DNA from: an uncultured Flavobacteriaceae bacterium
GTDB taxonomy: Bacteria; Bacteroidota; Bacteroidia; Flavobacteriales; Flavobacteriaceae
Assembly (NCBI GenBank): GCA_965367355.1
Contig: CBDUIO010000001.1
Span: 1-42,992, forward strand
DNA length: 42,992 nt
Direction of reading: 5' to 3'
The translations under genes and the position numbers were made by a program. The notes under the pieces were generated by a model. It saw nothing but the letters and a program-made list of their open reading frames with translations. It did no database searches and had not been told where the DNA came from. Shown here one piece after another: positions 1 through 8,546 of this stretch (within the stretch, counting starts at the first letter, position 1; every line of letters begins with the position of its first letter).

Positions 1-29
1 AAAAAACCACGCAATTTGCGTGGTTTTTT
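1..29. terminator. Bidirectional rho-independent terminator hairpin
   Basis: The sequence is A6-CCACGC-aattt-GCGTGG-T6. This is a perfect 6-bp GC-rich stem flanked by an A-run and a T-run. It lies about 20 nt beyond the stop of the minus-strand kinase gene. Confidence 0.7.
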
Positions 30-48
30 ATTTATGTATCAATCCATT

Positions 49-666
49 TTATTTAAACAGACCAAAAATTTCAGCATCAATCTTATTAATTATGCTTCCC
101 AGATCTTCAGGGTTAGCAACAAAATCAAGTTCATCAACATCAATGATCAATAGATTTCCTTTATCATATCCATGAATCCAGGCTTCATAACGTTCGTTCA
201 ATCGGCTTAAATAATCAATACTAATCGAATTTTCGTATTCACGCCCGCGTTTATGAATTTGTTCAACCAAATTAGGAATCGAACTTCTTAAATAAATTAA
301 AAGATCTGGTCCCTGGACTAAAGATTCCATCAAATCAAACAAGGATCTGTAGTTTTCAAAATCCCTATTGGTCATCAATCCCATAGCATGTAAATTGGGT
401 GCAAAAATATGAGCATCTTCATAAATGGTTCTATCTTGAATAATCTCTTTGCCGCTTTTTCTAATTTGTAAAACCTGTCTAAAACGACTATTTAAGAAGT
501 AAACCTGTAGGTTAAAACTCCATCGCTCCATCTGATTGTAAAAATCATCCAAATAAGGATTGTCTACCACATCCTCTAATTGTGATTCCCATTTATAATG
601 TTTTGCCAGAAGTTTTGTTAGTGTTGTCTTTCCTGCGCCAATGTTTCCTGCAACTGCAACATGCAT
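49..666 (-). CDS. Deoxynucleoside kinase (dAK/dGK/dCK family)
   Basis: 205 aa. It has an N-terminal P-loop GNIGAGKTT, a DRTIYED motif and a lid-like HKRGREYE motif, all typical of the dNK family. The length is also right for this family. Confidence 0.8.
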   Translation of the reverse strand: MHVAVAGNIGAGKTTLTKLLAKHYKWESQLEDVVDNPYLDDFYNQMERWSFNLQVYFLNSRFRQVLQIRKSGKEIIQDRTIYEDAHIFAPNLHAMGLMTNRDFENYRSLFDLMESLVQGPDLLIYLRSSIPNLVEQIHKRGREYENSISIDYLSRLNERYEAWIHGYDKGNLLIIDVDELDFVANPEDLGSIINKIDAEIFGLFK

Positions 667-668
667 AG

Positions 669-1445
669 TTAATTAATTTTTAATTGGTATTTATAAAGAA
701 ATTCGTTGTCGTAAATATACAAGGTTTCATTGTTTACAAAAAATGCATTTATTAACAATTTTGGCAGTTGAATTTCTACAGGTTCGGAGGCGTTATTTTT
801 TAAAAAAAATAATTTATTGTCCTTTTTTAAAACCAGGTTTTCATTATAATTGAATACACTTGAAAATCCCTGATTCTTTTTTTTTAAGATATTGATACCA
901 AAATAATTGAATGTATACAGGTAATCCTTAGTAAGTAGCCAACAGTAATTATAATTGCTTTTTAAGTCCAAAACCATTGATTCTACCGGTAAGGTCTTTG
1001 TTTTTGTAAAATTAGATCTGTAATCAAAAAGTTCCAGTTGCTGGGTGTCTTGATTAAATACCCAGATAGTATTGTCATATCCGGTTGAAACATGAGTTAC
1101 ATTTTTGTAAGATTTATTGGCATTAAAATCAATTTTATAAATTTCGGCTAATCGATTATCCAATATCACAACCGAATTAAAATCTTTATAAAATACATTG
1201 ATCTTTAAAGGGTTAAAAATATCAACGGATTCTACTGGACCCAATTGTAAATTGTTATAATTTAAGATCTGATTTTGATTTTTTTTAATAAGGGAATTGT
1301 CAATTAAAAAATAGGAATAATTAAAATTATCCACCCCAATTAAACTATTATCATTTATGGGAGTCTTATCAAGTAAGGTCGTTTCTATTATTGGTTTTGT
1401 TTGAGAATAACAAAGGAGAAATAAAAGGCAAAAAAAGTATTTCAT
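669..1445 (-). CDS. Hypothetical secreted protein (signal peptide, Asn/Tyr-rich, probably beta-rich)
   Basis: The ORF-track start at 1541 gives an implausible extension. Met33 (ATG at 1443-1445 on the minus strand) begins MKYFFCLLFLLCYSQ, which is a signal peptide. The stop lies 2 nt from the kinase start, so the two genes are co-transcribed. I recognised no family. Confidence 0.5.
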   Translation of the reverse strand: MKYFFCLLFLLCYSQTKPIIETTLLDKTPINDNSLIGVDNFNYSYFLIDNSLIKKNQNQILNYNNLQLGPVESVDIFNPLKINVFYKDFNSVVILDNRLAEIYKIDFNANKSYKNVTHVSTGYDNTIWVFNQDTQQLELFDYRSNFTKTKTLPVESMVLDLKSNYNYCWLLTKDYLYTFNYFGINILKKKNQGFSSVFNYNENLVLKKDNKLFFLKNNASEPVEIQLPKLLINAFFVNNETLYIYDNEFLYKYQLKIN

Positions 1446-1549
1446 ATCAGCAAAATACAAAAATAATATTGAATAAATAATTATGATAATATTAATGGAC
1501 AATACTCTCAATAAGTTTATTTTTGAAACTACAAACAACACTTTATAAG

Positions 1550-2428
1550 ATGAATAACATAATTAAATCATGCTCAATTCTCACTTTTTTATTTATTTCC
1601 TATGGCTATGCCCAAAATGATTTTCAAGGGAAAGCATATTACGAAAGTAAAACGTCCATGGATATGGATTTTGGTGGAAGAGAAATGAGTGAAGACATGA
1701 AAAAGCGTATTGCCGAGCGTATGAAAGGGATGTTTGAAAAAACGTTTATCCTCACTTTTAATAAGATTGAATCTACCTATAAGGAAGAAGAGAAATTGGC
1801 TACTCCGGGTGGTCAGGGAGGAGGCTTTAGGATGATGGGAAGTTTTGCTGGCGGATTGCAGTATAAAAATGTAAAAGAAGGAACATTATTGCAGGAACAG
1901 GAGTTCTTTGGCAAGCAGTTTTTAATTAATGATACTTTGCCAAAATTAGAATGGAAAATGTCTGGAGACACCAAACAAATAGGAAACTACATATGCTATA
2001 AGGCAACGGCTGTAAAAAAAGTAGATGAGTTTGATTTTAGGAGTATGAGAAGAAGAGACAGAGAGAATGATGAAAAGGATAAAGATACCACTTCAACTAA
2101 AAATATAATGGATGAAATTGAAGTCCCTAAGGAGGTGATAGTGACTGCGTGGTATACTCCACAAATCCCTGTGAACCAGGGACCTGGAGAATATTACGGC
2201 CTGCCTGGATTGATCCTTGAAGTAAATGCAGACAGAACAACCATTTTATGTTCAAAAATTGTATTGAATCCAGAGGAAAAGGAAGAACTTAAAATTCCAT
2301 CAAAAGGAAAAGAAGTCACACGGCAAGAATACAATGAAATCATGAAGAATAAGATGGAAGAAATGCGGGAGATGTACGGTGGAAGAAATCGTAGAGGTGG
2401 TGAGCGCAGAATTAGGATAGGTGGCTAA
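1550..2428 (+). CDS. GLPGLI family protein (Bacteroidota-specific paralogous family)
   Basis: It contains the eponymous YYGLPGLILEV motif. The signal peptide MNNIIKSCSILTFLFISYGYAQ starts at the internal ATG at 1550; the track start at 1523 overlaps the divergent gene. It also has a charged insert and a C-terminal RGG-like tail. Confidence 0.75.
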   Translation: MNNIIKSCSILTFLFISYGYAQNDFQGKAYYESKTSMDMDFGGREMSEDMKKRIAERMKGMFEKTFILTFNKIESTYKEEEKLATPGGQGGGFRMMGSFAGGLQYKNVKEGTLLQEQEFFGKQFLINDTLPKLEWKMSGDTKQIGNYICYKATAVKKVDEFDFRSMRRRDRENDEKDKDTTSTKNIMDEIEVPKEVIVTAWYTPQIPVNQGPGEYYGLPGLILEVNADRTTILCSKIVLNPEEKEELKIPSKGKEVTRQEYNEIMKNKMEEMREMYGGRNRRGGERRIRIGG

Positions 2429-2458
2429 GTCCACCTTCAGACAATCTAAATTAAATCA

Positions 2459-5155
2459 ATGAAACAAATTTCATGTTTTTTACTGCTTTTGGCAGTTCAA
2501 TTGTCATTTTCCCAAATAAAATTAGAAGGAGTTGTAAAGGATAGCATTGGACAGCCATTAGAGTTAGCCAACGTCATTGCCATTATTCAAGAAACTAATG
2601 TTCTAGAATCTTTTGGAATCTCCAATGATCAGGGAAGATATAAGTTAAGTTTAGAAAAAAATACTAATTACAAGATCCAGGTAAGCTATATTGGAATGAA
2701 ACCTTTTGAGGAATTGATTTCAACGGAGGAGGAAAATATTGAAAAGGACTTTTTTCTTCAGTCAGACACAGATCTGGACGAGGTTGAATTAGTCTATGAA
2801 ATGCCTGTAACGGTAAGAGGCGATACTCTTGTCTACAATGCAGATTCATTTAAAACCGGTACAGAGAAAAAACTGGAAGATATCCTTGAGAAACTTCCCG
2901 GAGTTGAAATTACTGACGATGGTGAAATTGAAGTCGAAGGTAAGAAGGTTACTAAGGTTATGGTCGAAGGGAAGGACTTTTTTGATGGAGACAGTAAACT
3001 GGCAGCAAAGAATATTCCATCAAATGCGGTGGACAAGGTACAGGTTCTTAGAAATTTCAATGAAATAGGGCAATTAAGCGGAGTTACTAATAACCAGGAT
3101 AATGTTGCCTTGAATTTAAAACTTAAAAAAGGGAAAGATAAATTTTGGTTTGGCGATATTACTGTTGGAGGAGGAACATCACCAGATGATGAGCTTTACA
3201 AAGTTCAACCTAAAGTGTTTTATTATAGCCCCAAGAACAGTATCAATATTATTGGAGACGTTAATAATACGGGTGAAGTCGCATTTACCAGAAGGGACTA
3301 TTTCAATTTCACAGGAGGTTTCAGGAATTTTAACCAAAGCAGTGGTACCAATATAAGTTTAGGTGATAACAGTTTAAATTTTTTAAATACGAGAAATAAT
3401 CAGGCAGAGGCCATCGATATAAAGTTTGGAGCTGCAAATTTTAGTTTTTCACCAAATAAAGCGTTGAGTATTAGTGGTTTTGGAATTTATTCCGGGAATG
3501 AGACAGATATAAGGGAAGTCAATGATGTCGTTTATACAGATGAAGAACTTAATATTCCTGATGAATCAACATCCAGTTTTACAGAGCAGAAAAGTGATCT
3601 TGGTTTGTTGAAATTAAGTTCGGTTTATAAGCCGAATGCAAATAATCAACTGGATTATGATGTTTTTGGACGACTGTCAAAACAAACACAAATCAGGTAT
3701 TTTAATTCTTCAGTGCTTGGTGAAATTGATCAAACTGAAGACCAGACGCCTTACAGTATCAATCAAAACTTAAATTATTATTACACATTGAACGATACCA
3801 ATATCTTTTCATTTGAAGCACAGCATTTGCTGCAGGATGAAGACCCTTTCTATAATGCATTTATTGAGCAGAAGTCTACTTTTCAAAACACAGCAGATGG
3901 ATTAGGATTTGATAATGATCAGTTGGGTTATGATACCAATCAGGATAAACGTATTAAGTCCAATAAGTTTGATGGACGTCTTAATTATTGGAATGTATTG
4001 AATCTAAAAAGTAATTTAAATTATACTTTAGGCCTGGTCTATAGCAACCAAAATTTCAACTCGAATATTTTTCAAATCCTTGACAATGGTTCAATTTTCA
4101 ATCCAACACCAACATCAGGATCTGTTATAAATGAGGTTGACTTTACTTTTTCAGATACATATTTCGGATTCCATTATAATCTTAAAGCAGGTAAATTCAC
4201 CTTAACTCCAGGTTTTTCTGCTCATGCTTATAAAACGATTGATAAGCAATTTGGAACGGAAAACTCGAATAGCTTTTTTAGGCTTTTACCTGATGCTAAT
4301 GTGCGGTTGCAATTAAAATCGAGTGAAAATCTGAACTTGCGTTATAGTTTGCAAACCAGTTTTACTGATGTTACCCGTTTGGCAGAAGGTTTCGTGCTTA
4401 ACAACTATAATTCGATTTTTTCGGGTAACAGAGAACTTGAAAACGCTTTAACTCATAATGTGAATCTATCCTATTTTAGTTTTAACATGTTTAATTATAC
4501 CAACATTTTTGGTTCTGTTAATTATGTAAAAAATATCGATGGTATTCGTAATAGGTCGATTTTTGATGGTGTTATTCAATCATCAACACCATTTAACTCG
4601 AATTTTGCTGATGAATCTGTAAGTGCTAATGGCCGCTTTGAACGCAGATTCGGAAAGGTGAAAACGTCTATAGGAGGTAATTTCTCTTGGTCTAAATTCA
4701 CCCAGTTTATTAATGATCGCGTGAGTACAAACAAAAGTTTTACCCAATCTTACAGATCCAGGATCAGTACATTTTTTAAAAAAGCGCCAAATGTAGAAAT
4801 TGGCTATAATCTTACCATAAATGACAATAACCAGGGGAGTCAATCAACAGTTTTTTACACCCACAGCCCTTTTATAAATTTTGATGCGGTTATTTTTAAA
4901 GATTTTATGTTCAATACAGAATTTAGCTTTTATGATTTTAGAGATAAGGACAATTCAATTAACAGCTATGAGTTCTGGGATGCTTCTTTGATTTACCAAA
5001 AAGAAGACAGTAAATGGGAATACAAGTTGGGTACTACCAATTTGTTAAACACTAAATCATTAAATCAAACCAATACGAGCAATATTTCTGTTTCAAATCA
5101 GGAATATTTTGTTCAGCCACGATTTGTTGTATTAAGTGTGAAGTATAATATTTAG
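2459..5155 (+). CDS. Outer-membrane beta-barrel protein with carboxypeptidase-regulatory-like N-domain (TonB-dependent-receptor-like)
   Basis: 898 aa. It has a signal peptide and a CarbopepD_reg-like start (IKLEGVVKDSIGQPLELANV). A plug-like segment follows (LEDILEKLPGVEI...VEGKKV). The rest is a long Asn/Ser/Tyr/Phe-rich region with alternating-strand character that ends in ...VVLSVKYNI. Confidence 0.7.
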   Translation: MKQISCFLLLLAVQLSFSQIKLEGVVKDSIGQPLELANVIAIIQETNVLESFGISNDQGRYKLSLEKNTNYKIQVSYIGMKPFEELISTEEENIEKDFFLQSDTDLDEVELVYEMPVTVRGDTLVYNADSFKTGTEKKLEDILEKLPGVEITDDGEIEVEGKKVTKVMVEGKDFFDGDSKLAAKNIPSNAVDKVQVLRNFNEIGQLSGVTNNQDNVALNLKLKKGKDKFWFGDITVGGGTSPDDELYKVQPKVFYYSPKNSINIIGDVNNTGEVAFTRRDYFNFTGGFRNFNQSSGTNISLGDNSLNFLNTRNNQAEAIDIKFGAANFSFSPNKALSISGFGIYSGNETDIREVNDVVYTDEELNIPDESTSSFTEQKSDLGLLKLSSVYKPNANNQLDYDVFGRLSKQTQIRYFNSSVLGEIDQTEDQTPYSINQNLNYYYTLNDTNIFSFEAQHLLQDEDPFYNAFIEQKSTFQNTADGLGFDNDQLGYDTNQDKRIKSNKFDGRLNYWNVLNLKSNLNYTLGLVYSNQNFNSNIFQILDNGSIFNPTPTSGSVINEVDFTFSDTYFGFHYNLKAGKFTLTPGFSAHAYKTIDKQFGTENSNSFFRLLPDANVRLQLKSSENLNLRYSLQTSFTDVTRLAEGFVLNNYNSIFSGNRELENALTHNVNLSYFSFNMFNYTNIFGSVNYVKNIDGIRNRSIFDGVIQSSTPFNSNFADESVSANGRFERRFGKVKTSIGGNFSWSKFTQFINDRVSTNKSFTQSYRSRISTFFKKAPNVEIGYNLTINDNNQGSQSTVFYTHSPFINFDAVIFKDFMFNTEFSFYDFRDKDNSINSYEFWDASLIYQKEDSKWEYKLGTTNLLNTKSLNQTNTSNISVSNQEYFVQPRFVVLSVKYNI

Positions 5156-5201
5156 CAACTAGAATGAAGTAATATTTCTTTAAGCTAAGTAATCGATTTT
5201 T

Positions 5202-6593
5202 TTATACTTTCATATTTTTCCAATTGCCTTTTTTGAACCATATTATTCCAATTATTGCAATAGAAACCTCTGCCAAAGTAATTGCCCAAAAGACACCTTT
5301 GGGTCCAAAATCAAGAGTTATGGAAACTAAATAAGCAAAAGGTAGCTGAAACAGCCAAAAACAAATAAAATTTATATAAGTAGGAGTTTTGGTGTCTCCT
5401 GAGCCATTAAAGGATTGAATGATAACCATGCCGTATGCATAAAAAATGTAACCGGCTGCAATGATCTGTAAGCATAAAGCTCCATTTTGAATAACTTCTA
5501 CCTCATTAGTAAACCAACCAATAATTGTTTTTGCAAATAACAGATAGGCAATCGATACAATTGCCATAAATATAGCCGTATATTTTCCTGTTTTCCAAAC
5601 AGAATCTTCGGCACGCTGAGGTTGTTTTGCTCCTAGGTTTTGTCCAACTAAAGTAGCTGCAGCGTTACTCATTCCCCAGGCAGGCATTAAGGTAAACATC
5701 ATTACGCGAATGGCAATTGTGTAACCTGCCAAAACTTCACTGCCAAACTCACTCATGATTCGCATCAAGAATATCCAGCTGGACGTACCTATTAAAAATT
5801 GACCAATACCTCCCAGAGACACTTTTATAAGATTAAGCATCACTTTAGCTCGAATAACCAAATCCTTAAGAGTTATTTTTATTCGGCTCCAGCCATAGAA
5901 TAGAATTGCTAATTGAAATACGACTGCTGTTCCGCGTCCAATAGTTGTAGCAATAGCAGCACCCTGAACACCATAAGCAGGTATTGGACCAAACCCAAAA
6001 ATAAACATTGGATCCAGAATGATATTTAAACCATTGGAAAGTACTAAAGTCCACATTGCGACAGATGCATCACCTGCGCCTCGAAAAATAGCATTAATTA
6101 AAAACAGTAACATTATTGTAACATTACCACCAAGCAATACTCTGGTATAGCCAAAACCTTCCTCAATAAGATCTGGTTCGGCTCCCATAAGACCTAATAT
6201 CTCTTTAGGATAAACTATGCCAATTACACTAACTACGGCTGCTACGGAAATTCCAAGAAATATGGCTTGCACAGCAGCTTGAGAAGCTCCATTCAAATCT
6301 TTTTCACCAACACGTCTGGCTACAACGGCTGTAGCTGCCATGCTTAGCCCAATTGCTACTGCATAAACCAATGTTATGACAGATTCTGTTAATCCAATTG
6401 TAGCCACGGCATTTACACTTACTTTAGACACAAAGTAAATATCAACTACAGCAAAAACACTTTCCATCATCATTTCCAGGATCATTGGTACAGAAAGCAT
6501 AAAAACGGCTCGCCTTATACTACCTGTTGTGAACTCCTGTTCCTTACCGGTAAGAGCAATTCTTAAGTATTCAAGAAATTTTGATAGTGTCAT
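5202..6593 (-). CDS. MATE family efflux transporter
   Basis: 463 aa, about 12 hydrophobic helices, with NorM/DinF-like sequence such as PMILEMMMESVFAVVD near the N-terminus. Confidence 0.8.
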   Translation of the reverse strand: MTLSKFLEYLRIALTGKEQEFTTGSIRRAVFMLSVPMILEMMMESVFAVVDIYFVSKVSVNAVATIGLTESVITLVYAVAIGLSMAATAVVARRVGEKDLNGASQAAVQAIFLGISVAAVVSVIGIVYPKEILGLMGAEPDLIEEGFGYTRVLLGGNVTIMLLFLINAIFRGAGDASVAMWTLVLSNGLNIILDPMFIFGFGPIPAYGVQGAAIATTIGRGTAVVFQLAILFYGWSRIKITLKDLVIRAKVMLNLIKVSLGGIGQFLIGTSSWIFLMRIMSEFGSEVLAGYTIAIRVMMFTLMPAWGMSNAAATLVGQNLGAKQPQRAEDSVWKTGKYTAIFMAIVSIAYLLFAKTIIGWFTNEVEVIQNGALCLQIIAAGYIFYAYGMVIIQSFNGSGDTKTPTYINFICFWLFQLPFAYLVSITLDFGPKGVFWAITLAEVSIAIIGIIWFKKGNWKNMKV

Positions 6594-6707
6594 TTTATTA
6601 CATTAAGTAAAAGGGGAGTAAAACGAAATTACCTTAATTAAATAATAAAAGCAAAATACCTTAAATCTGTTTATTGAGAGAGATATTTTCTATAATTAGA
6701 AATATTA

Positions 6708-6739
6708 TTTGCTTAACCATAACATAAAACCTACATTTG
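6708..6739 (+). promoter_or_regulatory. Bacteroidota-type promoter (-33 TTTG / -7 TAnnTTTG)
   Basis: TTTG lies at 6708-6711 and TACATTTG at 6732-6739, with a 20-nt spacer. The -7 box ends about 40 nt upstream of the small ORF ATG at 6780. Confidence 0.5.
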
Positions 6740-6779
6740 TGAAAATTGAGAATAACAAAAATCTAAAAATCAAAACATT

Positions 6780-6920
6780 ATGGAAGCATATTGCGTAAAA
6801 TGTAAATCAAAAAAAGAAATGAAAAATGCCAATGAAGTAACAATGAAAAATGGCAGAAAAGCGATGAAAGGCACTTGTCCTTCATGTGGTACAGGTATGT
6901 TCCGTATTTTAGGAAAGTAA
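6780..6920 (+). CDS. Small zinc-ribbon protein (DUF5679-like), 46 aa, absent from the ORF track
   Basis: It translates to MEAYCVKCKSKKEMKNANEVTMKNGRKAMKGTCPSCGTGMFRILGK. The pattern CxxC...CxxC is a zinc ribbon. The ORF is bracketed by a consensus promoter and a strong terminator. Confidence 0.6.
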   Translation: MEAYCVKCKSKKEMKNANEVTMKNGRKAMKGTCPSCGTGMFRILGK

Positions 6921-6944
6921 AAACCGCAGGCATAACAACAGCAT

Positions 6945-6981
6945 AAAAAAACCTCATATTTAATTGAATATGAGGTTTTTA
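6945..6981. terminator. Bidirectional rho-independent terminator
   Basis: ACCTCATATT (6951-6960) pairs perfectly with AATATGAGGT (6967-6976). This gives a 10-bp stem and a 6-nt loop, flanked by an A-run and a T-run. It sits between the convergent small ORF and metK. Confidence 0.75.
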
Positions 6982-6997
6982 TATTTATTTAAACTGT

Positions 6998-8251
6998 TTA
7001 TAAGCCAAAGGCTTTCTTAACTGTATCTACATAGTCTAATTTTTCCCAGGTAAATAAATCGACATCCATAGTAACACTTTCTCCGTAAGGTTGGGAGAAC
7101 GTTTTTGTTACAGTTTGCGGCTCTCTTCCCATATGTCCATATGCAGCCGTTTCACTATAAATGGGTTTTCTTAATTTCAGGCGCTTTTCTATGGCTGCTG
7201 GCCTCATATCAAAAATATCTGCAACTTTTTCTGCAATTTCTCCATCTGTCATATTAAATGGACAGGTCCCAAAAGTATCTATAAAAATTCCCATAGGTTC
7301 TACGACACCTATGGCATAGCTTACCTGCACCAAAATTTCATCACATACACCTGCAGCAACAAGGTTTTTAGCAATATGTCTTGTGGCGTAAGCCGCACTT
7401 CTGTCCACTTTACTTGGGTCTTTACCGGAAAACGCTCCACCACCATGCGCACCCTTACCTCCATATGTGTCTACTATTATCTTTCTGCCTGTTAATCCAG
7501 TATCACCATGAGGTCCGCCAATTACAAATTTACCTGTTGGATTGATATGGTAGGTGATATTATCATTAAATAAGGCTTTGGTTTGCTTAGGCAATTTTGC
7601 AATGACCCTTGGGATAAGAATTTTTTTGATATCTTTTCTTATTCTTTCCAGCATCTCATCATCAGAACCAAATTCATCATGTTGAGTTGACAGTACAATC
7701 GAATCTATTCTTTGCGGAATATTATCATCGCTATATTCTATTGTTACCTGGCTTTTGGAATCCGGTCTTAAATAGGTGATCTCTTTATTTTCACGTCTTA
7801 TTTCTGCTAATTCCTTTAGTATTCTATGAGATAGATCTAAAGCCAAAGGCATGTAGTTTTCTGTTTCTCTTGTCGCATACCCAAACATCATACCCTGATC
7901 TCCGGCACCTTGTTCTTCTTCATTACCTCTGTCCACACCACGATTAATGTCTTCCGATTGTTCATGAATTGCCGATAATACACCACACGAATCACCATCG
8001 AACATATATTCGCTTTTGGTATATCCAATTTTATTAATGGTATCACGTGCTATTTGTTGAACGTCCAAATAGGTGTGTGATTTAACCTCACCTGCCAGAA
8101 TCACTTGACCTGTAGTCACAAGTGTTTCACAAGCTACCTTTGAATTGGGATCAAATGCTAGAAAATTATCGATTAATGCATCGCTAATTTGATCTGCTAC
8201 TTTATCAGGATGTCCTTCTGATACACTTTCTGAAGTAAATAAATATGCCAT
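6998..8251 (-). CDS. metK: S-adenosylmethionine synthetase
   Basis: 417 aa. It has [30 protein letters not shown] and [16 protein letters not shown] signatures. Confidence 0.95.
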   Translation of the reverse strand: MAYLFTSESVSEGHPDKVADQISDALIDNFLAFDPNSKVACETLVTTGQVILAGEVKSHTYLDVQQIARDTINKIGYTKSEYMFDGDSCGVLSAIHEQSEDINRGVDRGNEEEQGAGDQGMMFGYATRETENYMPLALDLSHRILKELAEIRRENKEITYLRPDSKSQVTIEYSDDNIPQRIDSIVLSTQHDEFGSDDEMLERIRKDIKKILIPRVIAKLPKQTKALFNDNITYHINPTGKFVIGGPHGDTGLTGRKIIVDTYGGKGAHGGGAFSGKDPSKVDRSAAYATRHIAKNLVAAGVCDEILVQVSYAIGVVEPMGIFIDTFGTCPFNMTDGEIAEKVADIFDMRPAAIEKRLKLRKPIYSETAAYGHMGREPQTVTKTFSQPYGESVTMDVDLFTWEKLDYVDTVKKAFGL

Positions 8252-8438
8252 TTCTTTAATTTTATTTTGAAGATCTGACGAGAGTGCTTGCGGAAGGAAG
8301 TATTGGTACTGCCTTTAGCATTTTTTTAGTCCTGTCCAGATAATTATCGGGATTATTTCAGGATATGTTTATCATAAACGACAAACACAGAGGTTGCAAT
8401 CAGTCAAATCTATCCTCTTTTTTGATACGGCAAAAGTA
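8252..8438 (-). promoter_or_regulatory. metK promoter -7 box and about 170-nt structured 5' leader (possible SAM-responsive element, class unresolved)
   Basis: On the minus strand there is an exact TACTTTTG at 8438-8431. The leader contains UAUCAAAAAAGAGG, UUGCAACC and AUGCUAAAGGCAG strings. It also contains a nested hairpin TCCTG...GATAATTATC...CAGGA (8363-8330). Confidence 0.35.
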
Positions 8439-8483
8439 CATATAATATTATAACTAAAAAACAGGGATTAAAAGTTTAACAAT

Positions 8484-8523
8484 AAAAAAACCACCAAAAG
8501 TAAAACATTACTAAAGGTGGTTT
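8484..8523 (-). terminator. Rho-independent terminator of the porin-glnK-amtB operon
   Basis: AAACCACC (8488-8495) pairs with GGTGGTTT (8516-8523). An inner AGTAA/TTACT helix extends the stem. On the minus strand the stem is followed by a T7 run. It lies 24 nt past the amtB stop. Confidence 0.6.
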
Positions 8524-8546
8524 CAACTAACTAAAAAATAACTATA

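Noticed and set aside
1446-1549. N-terminal extensions in the ORF track: 669-1541, 1523-2428, 10184-11275, 35672-36754, and the TTG starts at 34374 and 40502.
   Set aside because: Internal ATG codons immediately precede clean signal peptides or avoid overlap of divergent genes. The upstream extensions encode implausible sequence. I therefore moved the starts to 1445, 1550, 11191, 36733, 34389 and 40505.
2420-2435. A GGTGG-ctaagt-CCACC hairpin that spans the stop codon of the GLPGLI gene.
   Set aside because: The stem is only 5 bp and has no U-tract. I mention it under the GLPGLI/OMP finding but did not annotate it as a terminator.
2664-3356. Short ORFs embedded in or antisense to large genes. 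Examples from the track: 2664-2849, 2829-3068, 2833-3060, 3150-3356. Analogous entries: 4583-4843, 5866-6054, 8866-9168, 10874-11068, 11931-12131, 12378-12575, 13194-13472, 13858-14152, 14324-14876, 16360-16578, 18460-18654, 20483-20743, 22222-22536, 23110-23310, 23450-23841, 23987-24220, 25390-25572, 26187-26390, 27783-27971, 29109-29315, 30168-30362, 32200-32385, 34656-34880, 37956-38138, 38519-38785, 40081-40278, 41329-41526.
   Set aside because: All lie wholly inside confidently identified genes, in another frame or on the other strand. They have low-complexity or odd composition and no recognisable motifs. They are typical spurious ORFs.
8252-8430. Calling the metK leader a canonical SAM-I or SAM-II riboswitch.
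   Set aside because: The GGAGGGA/GGCCC core and a 3' P1 strand are absent. The AAAAAAAUGCUAAAG string has no complementary upstream partner of the kind a SAM-II/V-type pseudoknot needs. I kept it only as an unresolved candidate.
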